Position numbers and translations under genes: made by a program. This document shows positions 1-9,107 of a stretch of 64,000 bases of DNA, piece by piece. The notes under the pieces are model-generated. The model saw nothing but the letters and a program-made list of their open reading frames with translations. It ran no database searches and was not told where the DNA came from. This stretch comes from an uncultured Actinomycetes bacterium (GTDB lineage: Bacteria; Actinomycetota; Thermoleophilia; Gaiellales; Gaiellaceae), in NCBI GenBank assembly GCA_963812695.1, contig CAWEWD010000006.1:16555-80554 (forward strand), in the 5' to 3' direction. The first letter of the stretch is position 1. Each line of letters begins with the position of its first letter.

Positions 1-20
1 GCGTAACGCAGAAGTGCGTT

Positions 21-1148
21 TCAGGCCTGGCGACGGAGCCAGTCGGCCAGGAACGGCTCCGCGATCCGGTACTCGTTGTCGGACCGAGTGACGAGCTCGT
101 TGCGGGTCAGCGCCTGGAGTGCCCGCTGGACCGTGGATGCTCCCGGCAGCCTGTGACGGCGGCGGTAGTCGCCGCTCAGCGGGCGTCCGCGCTCGTGCGC
201 GAGAGCCTGGAGCGTCAGTCGTTGCGCCGCCGACGCCTGGTCCCAGATCAGCTCGAAGTGGGCGTGCTCCGCGCGGAGGACGTCCGCGAGCGCGCGCTCG
301 TACTCGGCGGGCCTGGCGACGCGAGCCTTCGACGTCTCTTCCCAGAGGAAGTAGCAGAGCTCCTGGGTCGCGTAGGGATGGCCGCCCGTGGTGTCGAGCA
401 CGGCGGCGATCGTCTCCGGGGCGATCTTCTTGCCGGTGCGCTCGAAGCTGGTCGAGAGATAGCCCTCGAAGCGGGGCGGGTCGATCACGCCGAGCTCCAT
501 CTGCCGGGCGCTGCGCCAGAAGGGCTCGTTCTCGTCGTTGAAGATGCGCTCCATCATGTGGCGCTTGCTTCCGAGGTAGACGTGCGCCACTTCGGGCTGC
601 TCCTGGAAGACGGAGCGCATCAGCTTCGGGAGATCCGGGTCGATGTCGACGACCTCCTGGAACTCGTCGAAGACGAGCGCGACCTTGCGCTTGCGCTCCG
701 CGGCGAGCTGCCCGGGGAGCTCGAGCAGGCGCTCGATCGTCGCGTCGACGTCCTGCCTCGGATAGCCGGCGTCGAAGCTGAAGCTCGGCGCGCCCGTCTC
801 GGGGTCGACCGTGACGATCGGACGGATGCGCAGGTCGGCGAAGATCCGCAGTCGCTCGCGCGCGCGGAAGAGGGCGGAGGCGATGTGCTCGTAGATCGTG
901 TCCGCGAGCTTTTCGGCGAGCCGCTCCTTCGTCGGCGTCGTCATCAGGTTGACCTGGGCGACGAGGACCTTCTTCTTGTCGACCTCCTGGATGACCCGCC
1001 AGACGAGTGACGTCTTGCCGTAGCGGCGCGGGGCGAGGACGACGACGTCCTGGCCGTTCAGGATGTCCCGCGTCAGCTCGCGGATCTCGTTCTCTCGGTT
1101 CGTGAACGCCTCGTCGAGGGCGAGGGCTCCGTACCGGAACGGGTTCAT
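21..1148 (-). CDS. AAA+ ATPase, archaeal-ATPase/ORC-like family (PF01637-like)
   Basis: 375-aa ORF. Walker A APRRYGKTS, Walker B LVFDEFQ, helix-rich C-terminal tail. GC3-rich codon usage. Confidence 0.75.
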   Translation of the reverse strand: MNPFRYGALALDEAFTNRENEIRELTRDILNGQDVVVLAPRRYGKTSLVWRVIQEVDKKKVLVAQVNLMTTPTKERLAEKLADTIYEHIASALFRARERLRIFADLRIRPIVTVDPETGAPSFSFDAGYPRQDVDATIERLLELPGQLAAERKRKVALVFDEFQEVVDIDPDLPKLMRSVFQEQPEVAHVYLGSKRHMMERIFNDENEPFWRSARQMELGVIDPPRFEGYLSTSFERTGKKIAPETIAAVLDTTGGHPYATQELCYFLWEETSKARVARPAEYERALADVLRAEHAHFELIWDQASAAQRLTLQALAHERGRPLSGDYRRRHRLPGASTVQRALQALTRNELVTRSDNEYRIAEPFLADWLRRQA

Positions 1149-1155
1149 CGCCGAA

Positions 1156-1200
1156 GCGTAACAGTGATTACGCTAAGTTGCGTTACGCACCGATGCGTAA
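1156..1200. repeat. Cluster of GCGTAA/TTACGC half-sites in the spacer upstream of the ATPase gene, with a related 10-mer at 1-10
   Basis: Read directly: 1156-1173 gcgtaacagtgattacgc, 1180-1188 gcgttacgc, 1195-1200 gcgtaa. 1-10 gcgtaacgca is the reverse complement of 1179-1188. Confidence 0.5.
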
Positions 1201-1204
1201 TCGA

Positions 1205-2545
1205 TCACACGAGTGCTGCGTGCTCGCCGATCAGGCCGTAGCTGGCGAGCACGTCGGCGAGGGTCGGCTCGCCGACTTCCTGCAGGCGATACGTGATCCG
1301 CAGCGCAGGGCGGCCGAAGTCGATCAAGGTGCGGAGGTCGATCGGCGTCCCGATCAGGACGAGGTCGGGATCGCAGCGCTCGATCGTCTCGCGAAGGTCT
1401 TCCCGCTGCTTCTGGCCGTAGCCCATCGCGGGGAGGAGAGCGCCGACGTGCGGGTACTCATCGAACGTCGCGGCGATCGAGCCGACGGCGCACTCGCGCG
1501 GGTCGATCAGCTCGGCGGCTCCGTTCGCCTTCGCGGCGAGCACCGCAGCGCCGTAGGTCATCTCGCCGTGCGTCAGCGTCGGGCCGTCCTCGATCGCGAG
1601 CACGCGCTTGCCGGCGATCTGCGAGGCGTCGCCTTCGACGTGGAACGGGGAGTTGGCGAGGACGACCTGCGCTTCCGGGTTGTGCGTCCGGATCGAGCCG
1701 AGCACTGCGTCGATGCCTTCCTGCGCCGCGCTGTCGACCTTGTTCACGACACAGACGTTCGCCATGCGCAGGTTCGTCTCACCTGGGTGGTAGCGGAGCT
1801 CGTGTCCGGGCCGGTGCGGGTCGACGACGACGATGTGGACGTCCGGCTTGATGAACGGCGTGTCGTTGTTGCCGCCATCCCACACGATCACGTCCGCCTC
1901 GCGCTCGGCGGCCTCGAGGATCGCGGCATAGTCGATGCCGGCAAAGACCAGGTTGCCCTCGGCGAGATGCGGCTCGTACTCCTCGCGCTCCTCGATCGTG
2001 CAGTCGGCGGCCTCGAGATCCTCGTAGCGCTCGAAGCGCTGGACGACCTGCTTCGTCAGGTCGCCGTACGGCATCGGGTGCCGGAGGACGGCCACACGCT
2101 TGCCGTCCTCGCGGAGCAGCTGTGCGACCCGGCGCGTCGTCTGGCTCTTGCCCGAGCCCGTGCGCACCGCGCAGATCGCCACGACCGGCTTCGAGGACGC
2201 GATCATCGTGTCGTGCGGCGACAGGAGCCGGAAGCTCGCACCGGCCGCAAGCGCGCGCGACGCGATGTGCATGACGTGCTCGTGCGTCACGTCCGAGTAG
2301 GCGAAGACGACCTCTTCCACCTCGTGCTCGTGGATCAACGCCTCGAGCTCGGCCTCAGGACTGATCGGGATGCCGTCGGGATAGAGCTCGCCGGCAAGCA
2401 GCGGGGGGTAGACCCGCCCGGCGATGTCCGGGATCTGCGTCGCCGTGAAGCCGACGACGTCGTATTCGTCGCGGCCGCGGTAGACGACGTTGAAGTTGTG
2501 GAAGTCGCGCCCGGCCGCGCCGGCGATCAGAATCTTCGTCCGCAT
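1205..2545 (-). CDS. COG2403-family P-loop protein (predicted GTPase / cyclic 2,3-diphosphoglycerate synthetase-like)
   Basis: 446 aa. N-terminus MRTKILIAGAAGRDFHNFNVVYRG, P-loop AVRTGSGKSQTT, WDGGNND, NKVD. Strong resemblance, from memory, to archaeal COG2403 proteins. Confidence 0.7.
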   Translation of the reverse strand: MRTKILIAGAAGRDFHNFNVVYRGRDEYDVVGFTATQIPDIAGRVYPPLLAGELYPDGIPISPEAELEALIHEHEVEEVVFAYSDVTHEHVMHIASRALAAGASFRLLSPHDTMIASSKPVVAICAVRTGSGKSQTTRRVAQLLREDGKRVAVLRHPMPYGDLTKQVVQRFERYEDLEAADCTIEEREEYEPHLAEGNLVFAGIDYAAILEAAEREADVIVWDGGNNDTPFIKPDVHIVVVDPHRPGHELRYHPGETNLRMANVCVVNKVDSAAQEGIDAVLGSIRTHNPEAQVVLANSPFHVEGDASQIAGKRVLAIEDGPTLTHGEMTYGAAVLAAKANGAAELIDPRECAVGSIAATFDEYPHVGALLPAMGYGQKQREDLRETIERCDPDLVLIGTPIDLRTLIDFGRPALRITYRLQEVGEPTLADVLASYGLIGEHAALV

Positions 2546-2587
2546 GTATAGAGAGTATGCACTTACACACCGGATAGAGTCGCTCCG

Positions 2588-3118
2588 ATGGCCTCGTTCC
2601 CGGAAAGACTGAACGACCAGGTGGCCTACGAGTTCGCGGCCTCACAGCAGTACGTCGCGATCGCGGTCTGGTTCGACGGCGAGACGCTGCCGCTCTTGGC
2701 CGCGCACTTCTACCGGCAGGCGGTCGAGGAACGGAACCACGCGATGATGATCGTCCAGTTCCTGCTCGATTCCGACCACGAGGTCGTCGTCCCGGCCGTC
2801 GAGGCGCCGAAGACGACATTTGCGGATGCCCGAGAGCCTGTGGCGCTAGCGCTCGACCAGGAGAAGCGCGTCACGGAGCAGATCGCCGCGCTGGCCGCGC
2901 TCGCCCGCGAGGAGAACGACCTCGTCGGCGAGCAGTTCCTGCACTGGTTCCTTCAGGAGCAGCGCGAGGAGGTGTCGAGCATGTCCGCGTTGCTGAGCGT
3001 CGTCGAGCGAGCGTCGGAGTCGAACATCCTGCTCGCGGAGGACTACCTGTCGCGGAACCCGGTCGGCGATCAGGGCGAGGCTGCGAACGCGCCACCTGCG
3101 GCCGGCGGCGCGCTCTAA
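2588..3118 (+). CDS. Ferritin (non-haem, Ftn-like)
   Basis: 176 aa. Ferritin-like four-helix pattern with QAVEERNHAMMIVQFL and EQFLHWFLQEQREE. Confidence 0.9.
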   Translation: MASFPERLNDQVAYEFAASQQYVAIAVWFDGETLPLLAAHFYRQAVEERNHAMMIVQFLLDSDHEVVVPAVEAPKTTFADAREPVALALDQEKRVTEQIAALAALAREENDLVGEQFLHWFLQEQREEVSSMSALLSVVERASESNILLAEDYLSRNPVGDQGEAANAPPAAGGAL

Positions 3119-3173
3119 GACATCTCGGTCGGCAAGGAGCCAGGCGGAGCCCGCCGCGGTTCGTGGGGACGTG

Positions 3174-3446
3174 CTAGCCGTCGAGTTGGCCGGCGATCTC
3201 CGCAATCTGAGGCCTAGTCGCGTGTCCCGCTTCTTGAAGGATCGCCGGGACCTCGGGGTCGGAGATGAAGTTCTGCCAGCCCTCGGCGTCCCAGTCGAAG
3301 AGCACCCAGATCCGGCCCTCCTCATTCGGGTCGCGAAAGACGTGCGAGCCCTTGGACCCGTGCTGTTTTCGCTTCTCGAGGCTCGTGGTTGAGAAGATAT
3401 TCATCCAACGGTCGAAATCCTCGACCTTGCTCGTTGCGAGAAACAC
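3174..3446 (-). CDS. Small conserved hypothetical protein (about 90 aa)
   Basis: In-frame GTG at 3446 preceded by GGAGGAGGAG. The longer 129-aa ORF adds an Arg/His-rich N-terminus that does not look coding. Confidence 0.55.
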   Translation of the reverse strand: MFLATSKVEDFDRWMNIFSTTSLEKRKQHGSKGSHVFRDPNEEGRIWVLFDWDAEGWQNFISDPEVPAILQEAGHATRPQIAEIAGQLDG

Positions 3447-3618
3447 TCTCTCCTCCTCCGTCGCTTTCGGCGCCGCAGCGCGATGCCGATGGTGCGGCGA
3501 GTGTATGGCCTCAACGCTGGGCGGCATCCCCGCCAAGCGTTTAGGACGGGCTCGAACGCCCATCGCTGCATGAGGTGCGCTCGAGCCTCTGCGACTGGGG
3601 GTTTGTCATGCTCGGTGC

Positions 3619-3840
3619 ATGAATTTCCAGAATCGGGCCGGCAGGCTCGGCGACATGGCCTTCTGGCTCTGGGCGCTCGTCGGAGTGGGCTTCGGCTTCG
3701 GGATCAGCGTGATCGGGCTCTTCACGATCCCCGCCAGCGTCGTGGTCGCGATCGTTCTGCTCACGCGGCCGCGGTTGCGCGCCTCGGCCTACGGCGTGCT
3801 CGTCGGAATCGGCGTGCCTCTGCTGGTCGTGGCGTACTGA
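3619..3840 (+). CDS. Small membrane protein; probably continues to 4007 in the -1 frame
   Basis: 73 aa with two hydrophobic helices. After the stop the adjacent frame reads LNREGPGTVCHS...WAAVGLAFVVAGVLAQMF, which includes another TM helix. Confidence 0.5.
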   Translation: MNFQNRAGRLGDMAFWLWALVGVGFGFGISVIGLFTIPASVVVAIVLLTRPRLRASAYGVLVGIGVPLLVVAY

Positions 3841-4010
3841 ACCGCGAAGGGCCGGGAACCGTCTGTCACTCGTTCGACGCGGGCCGCGGTGTCCAGTGCG
3901 ACGATCTCTACGACCCGCGCAAGTGGGCTGCCGTCGGCCTCGCGTTCGTCGTGGCGGGCGTGCTCGCTCAGATGTTCGCGACCGGTCCCCGAGCCTCGCG
4001 CGCCTGACGA

Positions 4011-4319
4011 CTAGCGCGCGGTGACGATCGCGATCACCGCGAGCACGCCGCAGACTACGATCACGCCCGCGAGGCCGGTGAAGATCGCCGCGACGATGAC
4101 CAGCGGAATCGACAGCGCCATCCCGCCGAGCACCATCTCCTTCTGGTGCTCGCGCTTGCGCCGGAGCGACTGCTCGCTCTCACGCTGCCGTTTTCCGAGC
4201 TCCTTCTCGATGCGGTCGACGAACGCCTCGATCAGCGCCGGCTCCGCTTCTTCGCCCAGCTCCTTGCGCGCCTCGATCGTCGCGCGCACCTCGTCTCGCG
4301 GTACGAGCTCTTCGCTCAT
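4011..4319 (-). CDS. Hypothetical tail-anchored membrane protein
   Basis: 102 aa. Charged helical N-terminal half and two C-terminal hydrophobic helices. 3-nt gap to the upstream ORF. Confidence 0.6.
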   Translation of the reverse strand: MSEELVPRDEVRATIEARKELGEEAEPALIEAFVDRIEKELGKRQRESEQSLRRKREHQKEMVLGGMALSIPLVIVAAIFTGLAGVIVVCGVLAVIAIVTAR

Positions 4320-4322
4320 GGC

Positions 4323-4628
4323 CTAGCCCATCGGTTGGATGTCGGTGATTCGGTGTCGGTTCGTTCCGACCCAGAAGCCCGTGGAGCTTCGTCCTCCGCC
4401 TACGGGGTCGCACTGATAGTCGACGTTTCTCATTGCGATGCTCCCGTCATTGTGAACACGGGTGCAACGAAAGTGAACGTTGCTTTGCAGGCGCGGATAC
4501 TCGGTCCGGATCTGAGCGGGTAGCGCCCGCTCGACAGCTCGAGCCGACATGTTCGAGCTCCACGGTCGCCAGATGAGGAGAACGGCCACCAGACCGGCAA
4601 CTGCACCGGCGATTGCCAACGTTCTCAT
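4323..4628 (-). CDS. Hypothetical exported/anchored small protein
   Basis: 101 aa. N-terminal signal/anchor MRTLAIAGAVAGLVAVLLIW and two Cys. Locally lower GC. Confidence 0.5.
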   Translation of the reverse strand: MRTLAIAGAVAGLVAVLLIWRPWSSNMSARAVERALPAQIRTEYPRLQSNVHFRCTRVHNDGSIAMRNVDYQCDPVGGGRSSTGFWVGTNRHRITDIQPMG

Positions 4629-4643
4629 GCCTCTGGGCCTCGT

Positions 4644-6143
4644 CTACGCCGTCAGGACGCCGCGGGTGAGCTGGGCGACCGCGTCCATCTCGAGCTCCTG
4701 GCCGGCCACCTCGTTCAGGATCTCATCGGCGGTCATGCTCATGCCGGTCTCCCAGAGCTCGCGGACGAGCGAGCCGGCCTCGCGCTTCGTGAACCAGTCG
4801 TTGCCGAAGCGCTCGCGCATGTGCGTTCGGAACTGCGCCTCGAACGCCCACGAGCGCAGGTAGCCGGTGACGTAGAAGCTCGAGTCGATGTCGGCCAGGT
4901 AGTCGGCGGCGGATGGCTCGATCTTCAGCGCGTCGCCGAGTAGCTCGACGTAGCGGTTCGAGAGCTGCGTCGGGTCGTCCGCCGAGTGGAACTCGATCTC
5001 GTATAGAAGCTTCGCCGAGTAGCGGCGCACCATGTACAGGAGCTGGGTCACGCCCTCGCGCTCGAACTCGTCGGGCCGCGGGAAGTCGAGGCGCCGCGTG
5101 AGCCAGGCCGGGTCGTCCGTCAGGTGCTGCATCAGCATCGCCCAGCCCTCGGTGACTGCGACATCGCCGAGTCGCTTCTCCTCCATCGAGAGGTCGGCGG
5201 AGGTGTTCGCGTAATGCTCCGTGTGTCCGGCCTCGTGGAAGAGAGCGCGCCAGTCGTCCGCGCCACCCATCGGCTGGATCACGAGCATGACGCGGCCCGG
5301 GATCTCGATCGGCGCGCAGAACGCGCGCGGGCTCTTCTTGGGCCGCTGCTCGACGTCGAGCTCCACGTTCTCCTGGGACTTGAGGTCGACTCCCATGTCG
5401 GCGAGCGTCGCCTCGAGCGCCGGCAGCATCTTCTCGGCCGGGAACTGTGGATCCCATTCGGGCGCGCGGAACATGCGGATCACGTCCCAGCGGCGGGCCC
5501 CGTCGAGCCCGATCCCGACGCGGGCGCGGAAGAGCCTGTCCGCCGACTCCTCGAACACCTTCTCGGTCGAGTCGAGGAGGTCGCGGCACTGAGCCGCCAG
5601 GTCGTCGAGGCGGAAGCCGAAGCGGCGGTAGAGCTCCGTGTAGTTGGGCGCCTCGAGGCGTTCGACGCCGTCTCGGACGATGCGGACACCTTCGGCGTGG
5701 AGCGGGTTCAGATGCTCTTCGGTCAGGTCGACGCGCGCCTTGTCGATCCGTTCCCGCTTGTCGCGGTCAGCCTCGTTCGCCATCGCGGGCCGGAGCATCC
5801 TGAACGGGATCGTCTCGCCGTCGATCTCGGCCTCGAGGGTTGCTTCGAGCTCGGCCACCTTCTCGGCCTGGTCGCGCGTCAGCTCACCCAGGAAGCCCTC
5901 CGAGGCGAAGCGCCAGAGCTCGGTCACGCGGCGGTCGCCGTTCGCGGTCTTGCCGAGCGCGAGCGCCTGGTCGAGCTGCGTCAGGTCGGTGAAGCGCTCG
6001 AAGATCGGGGCGAGCTCGAGCTTGTCCTTGTGGCCGGCGTAGTGGAGGTAGTACTCCTCGTCCAGTTCCGCGATGAAGCGGTCGGCTCGCTCGCGGAAGC
6101 GGTCGAGGTCGGCCGAGTTCAAAGGAGGGGCCGCACTGGACAA
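4644..6143 (-). CDS. Zinc metallopeptidase, M3-like gluzincin
   Basis: HEXXH motif FHEAGHTEH with TEGWA downstream. The coding-looking part begins near LSSAAPPLNSADLDRF. Only TTG starts are available (6143 or 6122); upstream ORF sequence is Arg/Ser-rich noise. Confidence 0.75.
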   Translation of the reverse strand: MSSAAPPLNSADLDRFRERADRFIAELDEEYYLHYAGHKDKLELAPIFERFTDLTQLDQALALGKTANGDRRVTELWRFASEGFLGELTRDQAEKVAELEATLEAEIDGETIPFRMLRPAMANEADRDKRERIDKARVDLTEEHLNPLHAEGVRIVRDGVERLEAPNYTELYRRFGFRLDDLAAQCRDLLDSTEKVFEESADRLFRARVGIGLDGARRWDVIRMFRAPEWDPQFPAEKMLPALEATLADMGVDLKSQENVELDVEQRPKKSPRAFCAPIEIPGRVMLVIQPMGGADDWRALFHEAGHTEHYANTSADLSMEEKRLGDVAVTEGWAMLMQHLTDDPAWLTRRLDFPRPDEFEREGVTQLLYMVRRYSAKLLYEIEFHSADDPTQLSNRYVELLGDALKIEPSAADYLADIDSSFYVTGYLRSWAFEAQFRTHMRERFGNDWFTKREAGSLVRELWETGMSMTADEILNEVAGQELEMDAVAQLTRGVLTA

Positions 6144-6162
6144 GGGTTCGTAGGATAACGAC

Positions 6163-6561
6163 GTGCGCGAGATCGAGATCAGCACCGAGCGGAAGACGCA
6201 GCTCGTGGAGATCACCCGCGAGGTCGAGTCCGCGTTGAACGGGGTCGAAGGCGCGACCGCCGCGCTCGTCTTCGTTCCGCACACGACCGCGGGCGTGACG
6301 ATCAACGAACACGCCGATCCCGCGGTCGCACGCGACCTCGAGGCCGCAATGGAGCGCGTCGTCGGCGAGGACTGGGGCTGGCAGCACATCGAGGACGGCG
6401 AAGAGAACGCGCCGTCGCACGTGCGCGCTTCGCTGGCCGGGCCCCAGGTTCTGATCCCGCTGCAGGACGGCCGTCTTGCCCTCGGAACGTGGCAGGGAAT
6501 CTTCTTCTGCGAGTTCGACGGTCCGAGGAAACGCAAGGTCTACGTCACGCCTCTCACTTGA
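6163..6561 (+). CDS. YjbQ/UPF0047 family protein (secondary thiamine-phosphate synthase-like)
   Basis: 132 aa. FVPHTTAGVTINEHADP and GTWQGIFFCEFDGPR are hallmarks of the family. Confidence 0.9.
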   Translation: MREIEISTERKTQLVEITREVESALNGVEGATAALVFVPHTTAGVTINEHADPAVARDLEAAMERVVGEDWGWQHIEDGEENAPSHVRASLAGPQVLIPLQDGRLALGTWQGIFFCEFDGPRKRKVYVTPLT

Positions 6562-7448
6562 TCGAGGTCGCGAACCTCACGAAGCGCTACCGGAAGACCG
6601 TCGCCGTCGACGATCTGAGCTTCAAGATCCGCGAGGGCGCGATCACCGGATTCCTGGGGCCGAACGGCGCGGGGAAGACGACCACGCTGCGCGTGATCCT
6701 CGGCCTCGTTCACCCGACCGCCGGCGGAGCGACCGTCATGGGGCGGCTCTACCGGCAGCTCGAGTCGCCGACGCAGCAGGTCGGGGCGGTTCTGGAGGCG
6801 ACCGACTTCCACCCGGGCCGCTCCGGACGAAATCATCTGCGGGTCCTGGCTGCGGCGACCGGACTCCCGCGCTCGCGGGTCGAGGAAGTGCTCCAGATCG
6901 TCGACCTCCAGGGTGCCGCAGGACGCCGCGCCGGGGGCTACTCGCTCGGGATGCGCCAGCGTCTCAGCCTCGCGGGGGCGCTGCTCGGCGATCCGCGCAT
7001 CCTCGTGCTCGACGAGCCGGCGAACGGGCTCGACCCTCAGGGAATTCGTTGGCTGCGCGAGTTCCTGCGCTCGCTCGCGGCGGAGGGTCGGACGATCTTC
7101 ATCTCGAGTCACGTCCTCGCGGAGGTGGAGCAGATCGTCGACGAGGTCGTGATCATCCACCGCGGCAAGTTCGTCGTCCAGGCGACGACGGCCGAGCTGG
7201 TGGCGCGCGCCGCCGGCGGCATCCGCGCGCGGAGCCCGCAGGCCGACCAGCTGCGCGCCGCGCTCGAGGAGGCGGGCGTCAAGGTCGCCTCGTCCGAAGG
7301 CGATTTGCTGACGCTCGCAGATGCGACCACGGCTCAGGTGGGCGAGATCGCCGCTGCCAGGGGAATCGTCCTGCACGAGCTGGTTGCCGAGAGCTCTTCG
7401 CTCGAAGAGGCGTTCCTCGATCTGACGTCCCAGGAGGAAGTCCAGTAA
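6558..7448 (+). CDS. ABC transporter ATP-binding protein
   Basis: TTG start overlaps the yjbQ stop (TTGA). Walker A GPNGAGKTT, signature YSLGMRQR, Walker B ILVLDEP. Confidence 0.9.
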   Translation: MIEVANLTKRYRKTVAVDDLSFKIREGAITGFLGPNGAGKTTTLRVILGLVHPTAGGATVMGRLYRQLESPTQQVGAVLEATDFHPGRSGRNHLRVLAAATGLPRSRVEEVLQIVDLQGAAGRRAGGYSLGMRQRLSLAGALLGDPRILVLDEPANGLDPQGIRWLREFLRSLAAEGRTIFISSHVLAEVEQIVDEVVIIHRGKFVVQATTAELVARAAGGIRARSPQADQLRAALEEAGVKVASSEGDLLTLADATTAQVGEIAAARGIVLHELVAESSSLEEAFLDLTSQEEVQ

Positions 7449-8176
7449 TGCGCCTGGTCACGGCGGAGCTCCTGAAGGTCTGGACGGCTCCTCGGGTCTT
7501 GCTCGGGATCCTGCTCTCAGAGCTCGCCATCGTCTTGATCGGGACGATCGCGACGATCCATTCCGCGGTGAACGACCCCGTGCTTCCTCCAAATCTGAGC
7601 CGAGACATCGCGACGATGGGCGGGGTCGCGCTGCTCTTCACGACGCTCGTCGGCGTGCTCATCGCGACGACCGAGTACCGGCACGGGACGATCACGCTCA
7701 CGTTCCTCGCGGCTCCGGTGCGGGAGAAGGTGCTCGCCGCCAAGACCGGCGCCGCTGTGATCGCGAGCCTGCTGCTCACCCTGCCGGCCGCGCTGCTTCC
7801 GATCGTGATCGCGGAGATCTGGGTCGGCGGGCGCGCCGACTACCACTTCGGCGGGCACGAGTGGCAGCTCGTGGCGCGCCTGTTCCTGGGCGCCGCGATC
7901 GTCGCCATGATCGGCTTCTTCATCGGGGCGAGCATCAAGCGGCAGCTCGGCGCGGTGATTCTCGTCCTGGCCTGGATTGTCTTTCTCGAGCCCGCGCTCG
8001 GCGGTCTCTTCTCCGGGACGAAGGACTATCTGATCGGCTCCGCACTCGGCGGCCTGCTAGGGGGCAGCGGAAATGACGTTCCGTCCTTCGGGCACTCGTT
8101 TGCGGTGGTGGTCGCCTATCTGGTCGGGCTCGGCGCTCTCGCCGTCGTTCTGACCAGGCGGCGCGACATCACGTAG
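7448..8176 (+). CDS. ABC-2 type transporter permease
   Basis: ATG overlaps the ATPase stop (TAATG). 242 aa, about six TM helices. Confidence 0.85.
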   Translation: MRLVTAELLKVWTAPRVLLGILLSELAIVLIGTIATIHSAVNDPVLPPNLSRDIATMGGVALLFTTLVGVLIATTEYRHGTITLTFLAAPVREKVLAAKTGAAVIASLLLTLPAALLPIVIAEIWVGGRADYHFGGHEWQLVARLFLGAAIVAMIGFFIGASIKRQLGAVILVLAWIVFLEPALGGLFSGTKDYLIGSALGGLLGGSGNDVPSFGHSFAVVVAYLVGLGALAVVLTRRRDIT

Positions 8177-9085
8177 CGAGCGGCCCGCTGACGACGATCT
8201 GAGTCGGAGCCGGGTCGGTAACCGAGGCTTGCGTTGACACCGCGCATGCCCACGTTCGTCTCGTCGTTCGTCGTGAAGATCTGCTCGATCCCGGCGGCTC
8301 GGGCGCGGGCGATCTGCTCCCGCTTGAGGGCAGTGGCGATTCCGCGCCTGCGCCAGTCCCGGCGTACCGCGGTGAGCAGGTTCTCGGCGATCGGCGAGAT
8401 CGAGCCCCGTCTTCGAAGGCCCGTGTACCCGACGACCTCGTCTCCTGCGACGGCGGCGATCATCGCTGCCGGAACGGCTCCAGGGCCTTCGAGGTATTGC
8501 TCGCGCCAGCGGGCGAACGGCTGGCCTGCGAAGTCGTCGCCCTCGGGCCGCGGGACATCCGCGCCGACCTCGCAGTCCACCTCGTAGACCTCCCGCTCCA
8601 GGTCGGGCCGGTCGGCGAGCGACACGAGCTCGATTCCGTCGGGCGGCTCGGACCGGGCTTCGGCGTGTGCCGTGTCGAGCACGACCTCGTACTCGCGGCC
8701 GGCCTCGCGGAAGCCGCGCTTGCGGAGGAAGTCGCGTGATCCGGCATCGTCTTCGCGCACGCGACCCCAGAGTGATTCGCGCCCGAGCGAGCCGGCGTGC
8801 ACCGACAGCGCCTCGTAGATCCGTGTCCCGGCGCCTTGCCCGCGGTGCTCCGGCAGGACGCGGACCATCGCGTACAGACTGCTCTGGATCGACGAGGGCC
8901 GGCCGACGCCGCAGCCGATCGCCTCGTCGCCTGCGAGCGCGAGCAGGAACGCGCTCTCCGTGTCCGACGAGACGAAGTGCGCGATCTCGTCGACGTCGAA
9001 CAGGTCCCCGGAAACCTGCTCGAGGATCGCCGCCCACTGCTCGTAACCGCTGCGGCGTCGAAGGCGTCTCGAACCTCAGCTCCAC
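8116..9085 (-). CDS. Two-domain GNAT N-acetyltransferase; frame interrupted twice (apparent +1 breaks near 9050 and 8210)
   Basis: Acetyl-CoA motifs VLPEHRGQGAG and VRRDWRRRGIA. The N-terminal GNAT strands lie upstream of M8868 with no canonical in-frame start. GTG 9085 lies in the -1 frame. An alternative C-terminus LGYRP-APTQIVVSGPLAT stops at 8169. Confidence 0.7.
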
Positions 9086-9107
9086 GCCCGAACCCTATGC
9101 TGGGCCC

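Noticed and set aside
2546-2587. IdeR/DtxR or Fur box in the ferritin upstream spacer
   Set aside because: The spacer is AT-rich. I could not align it convincingly to TTAGGTTAGGCTAACCTAA or to the Fur 19-mer by eye.
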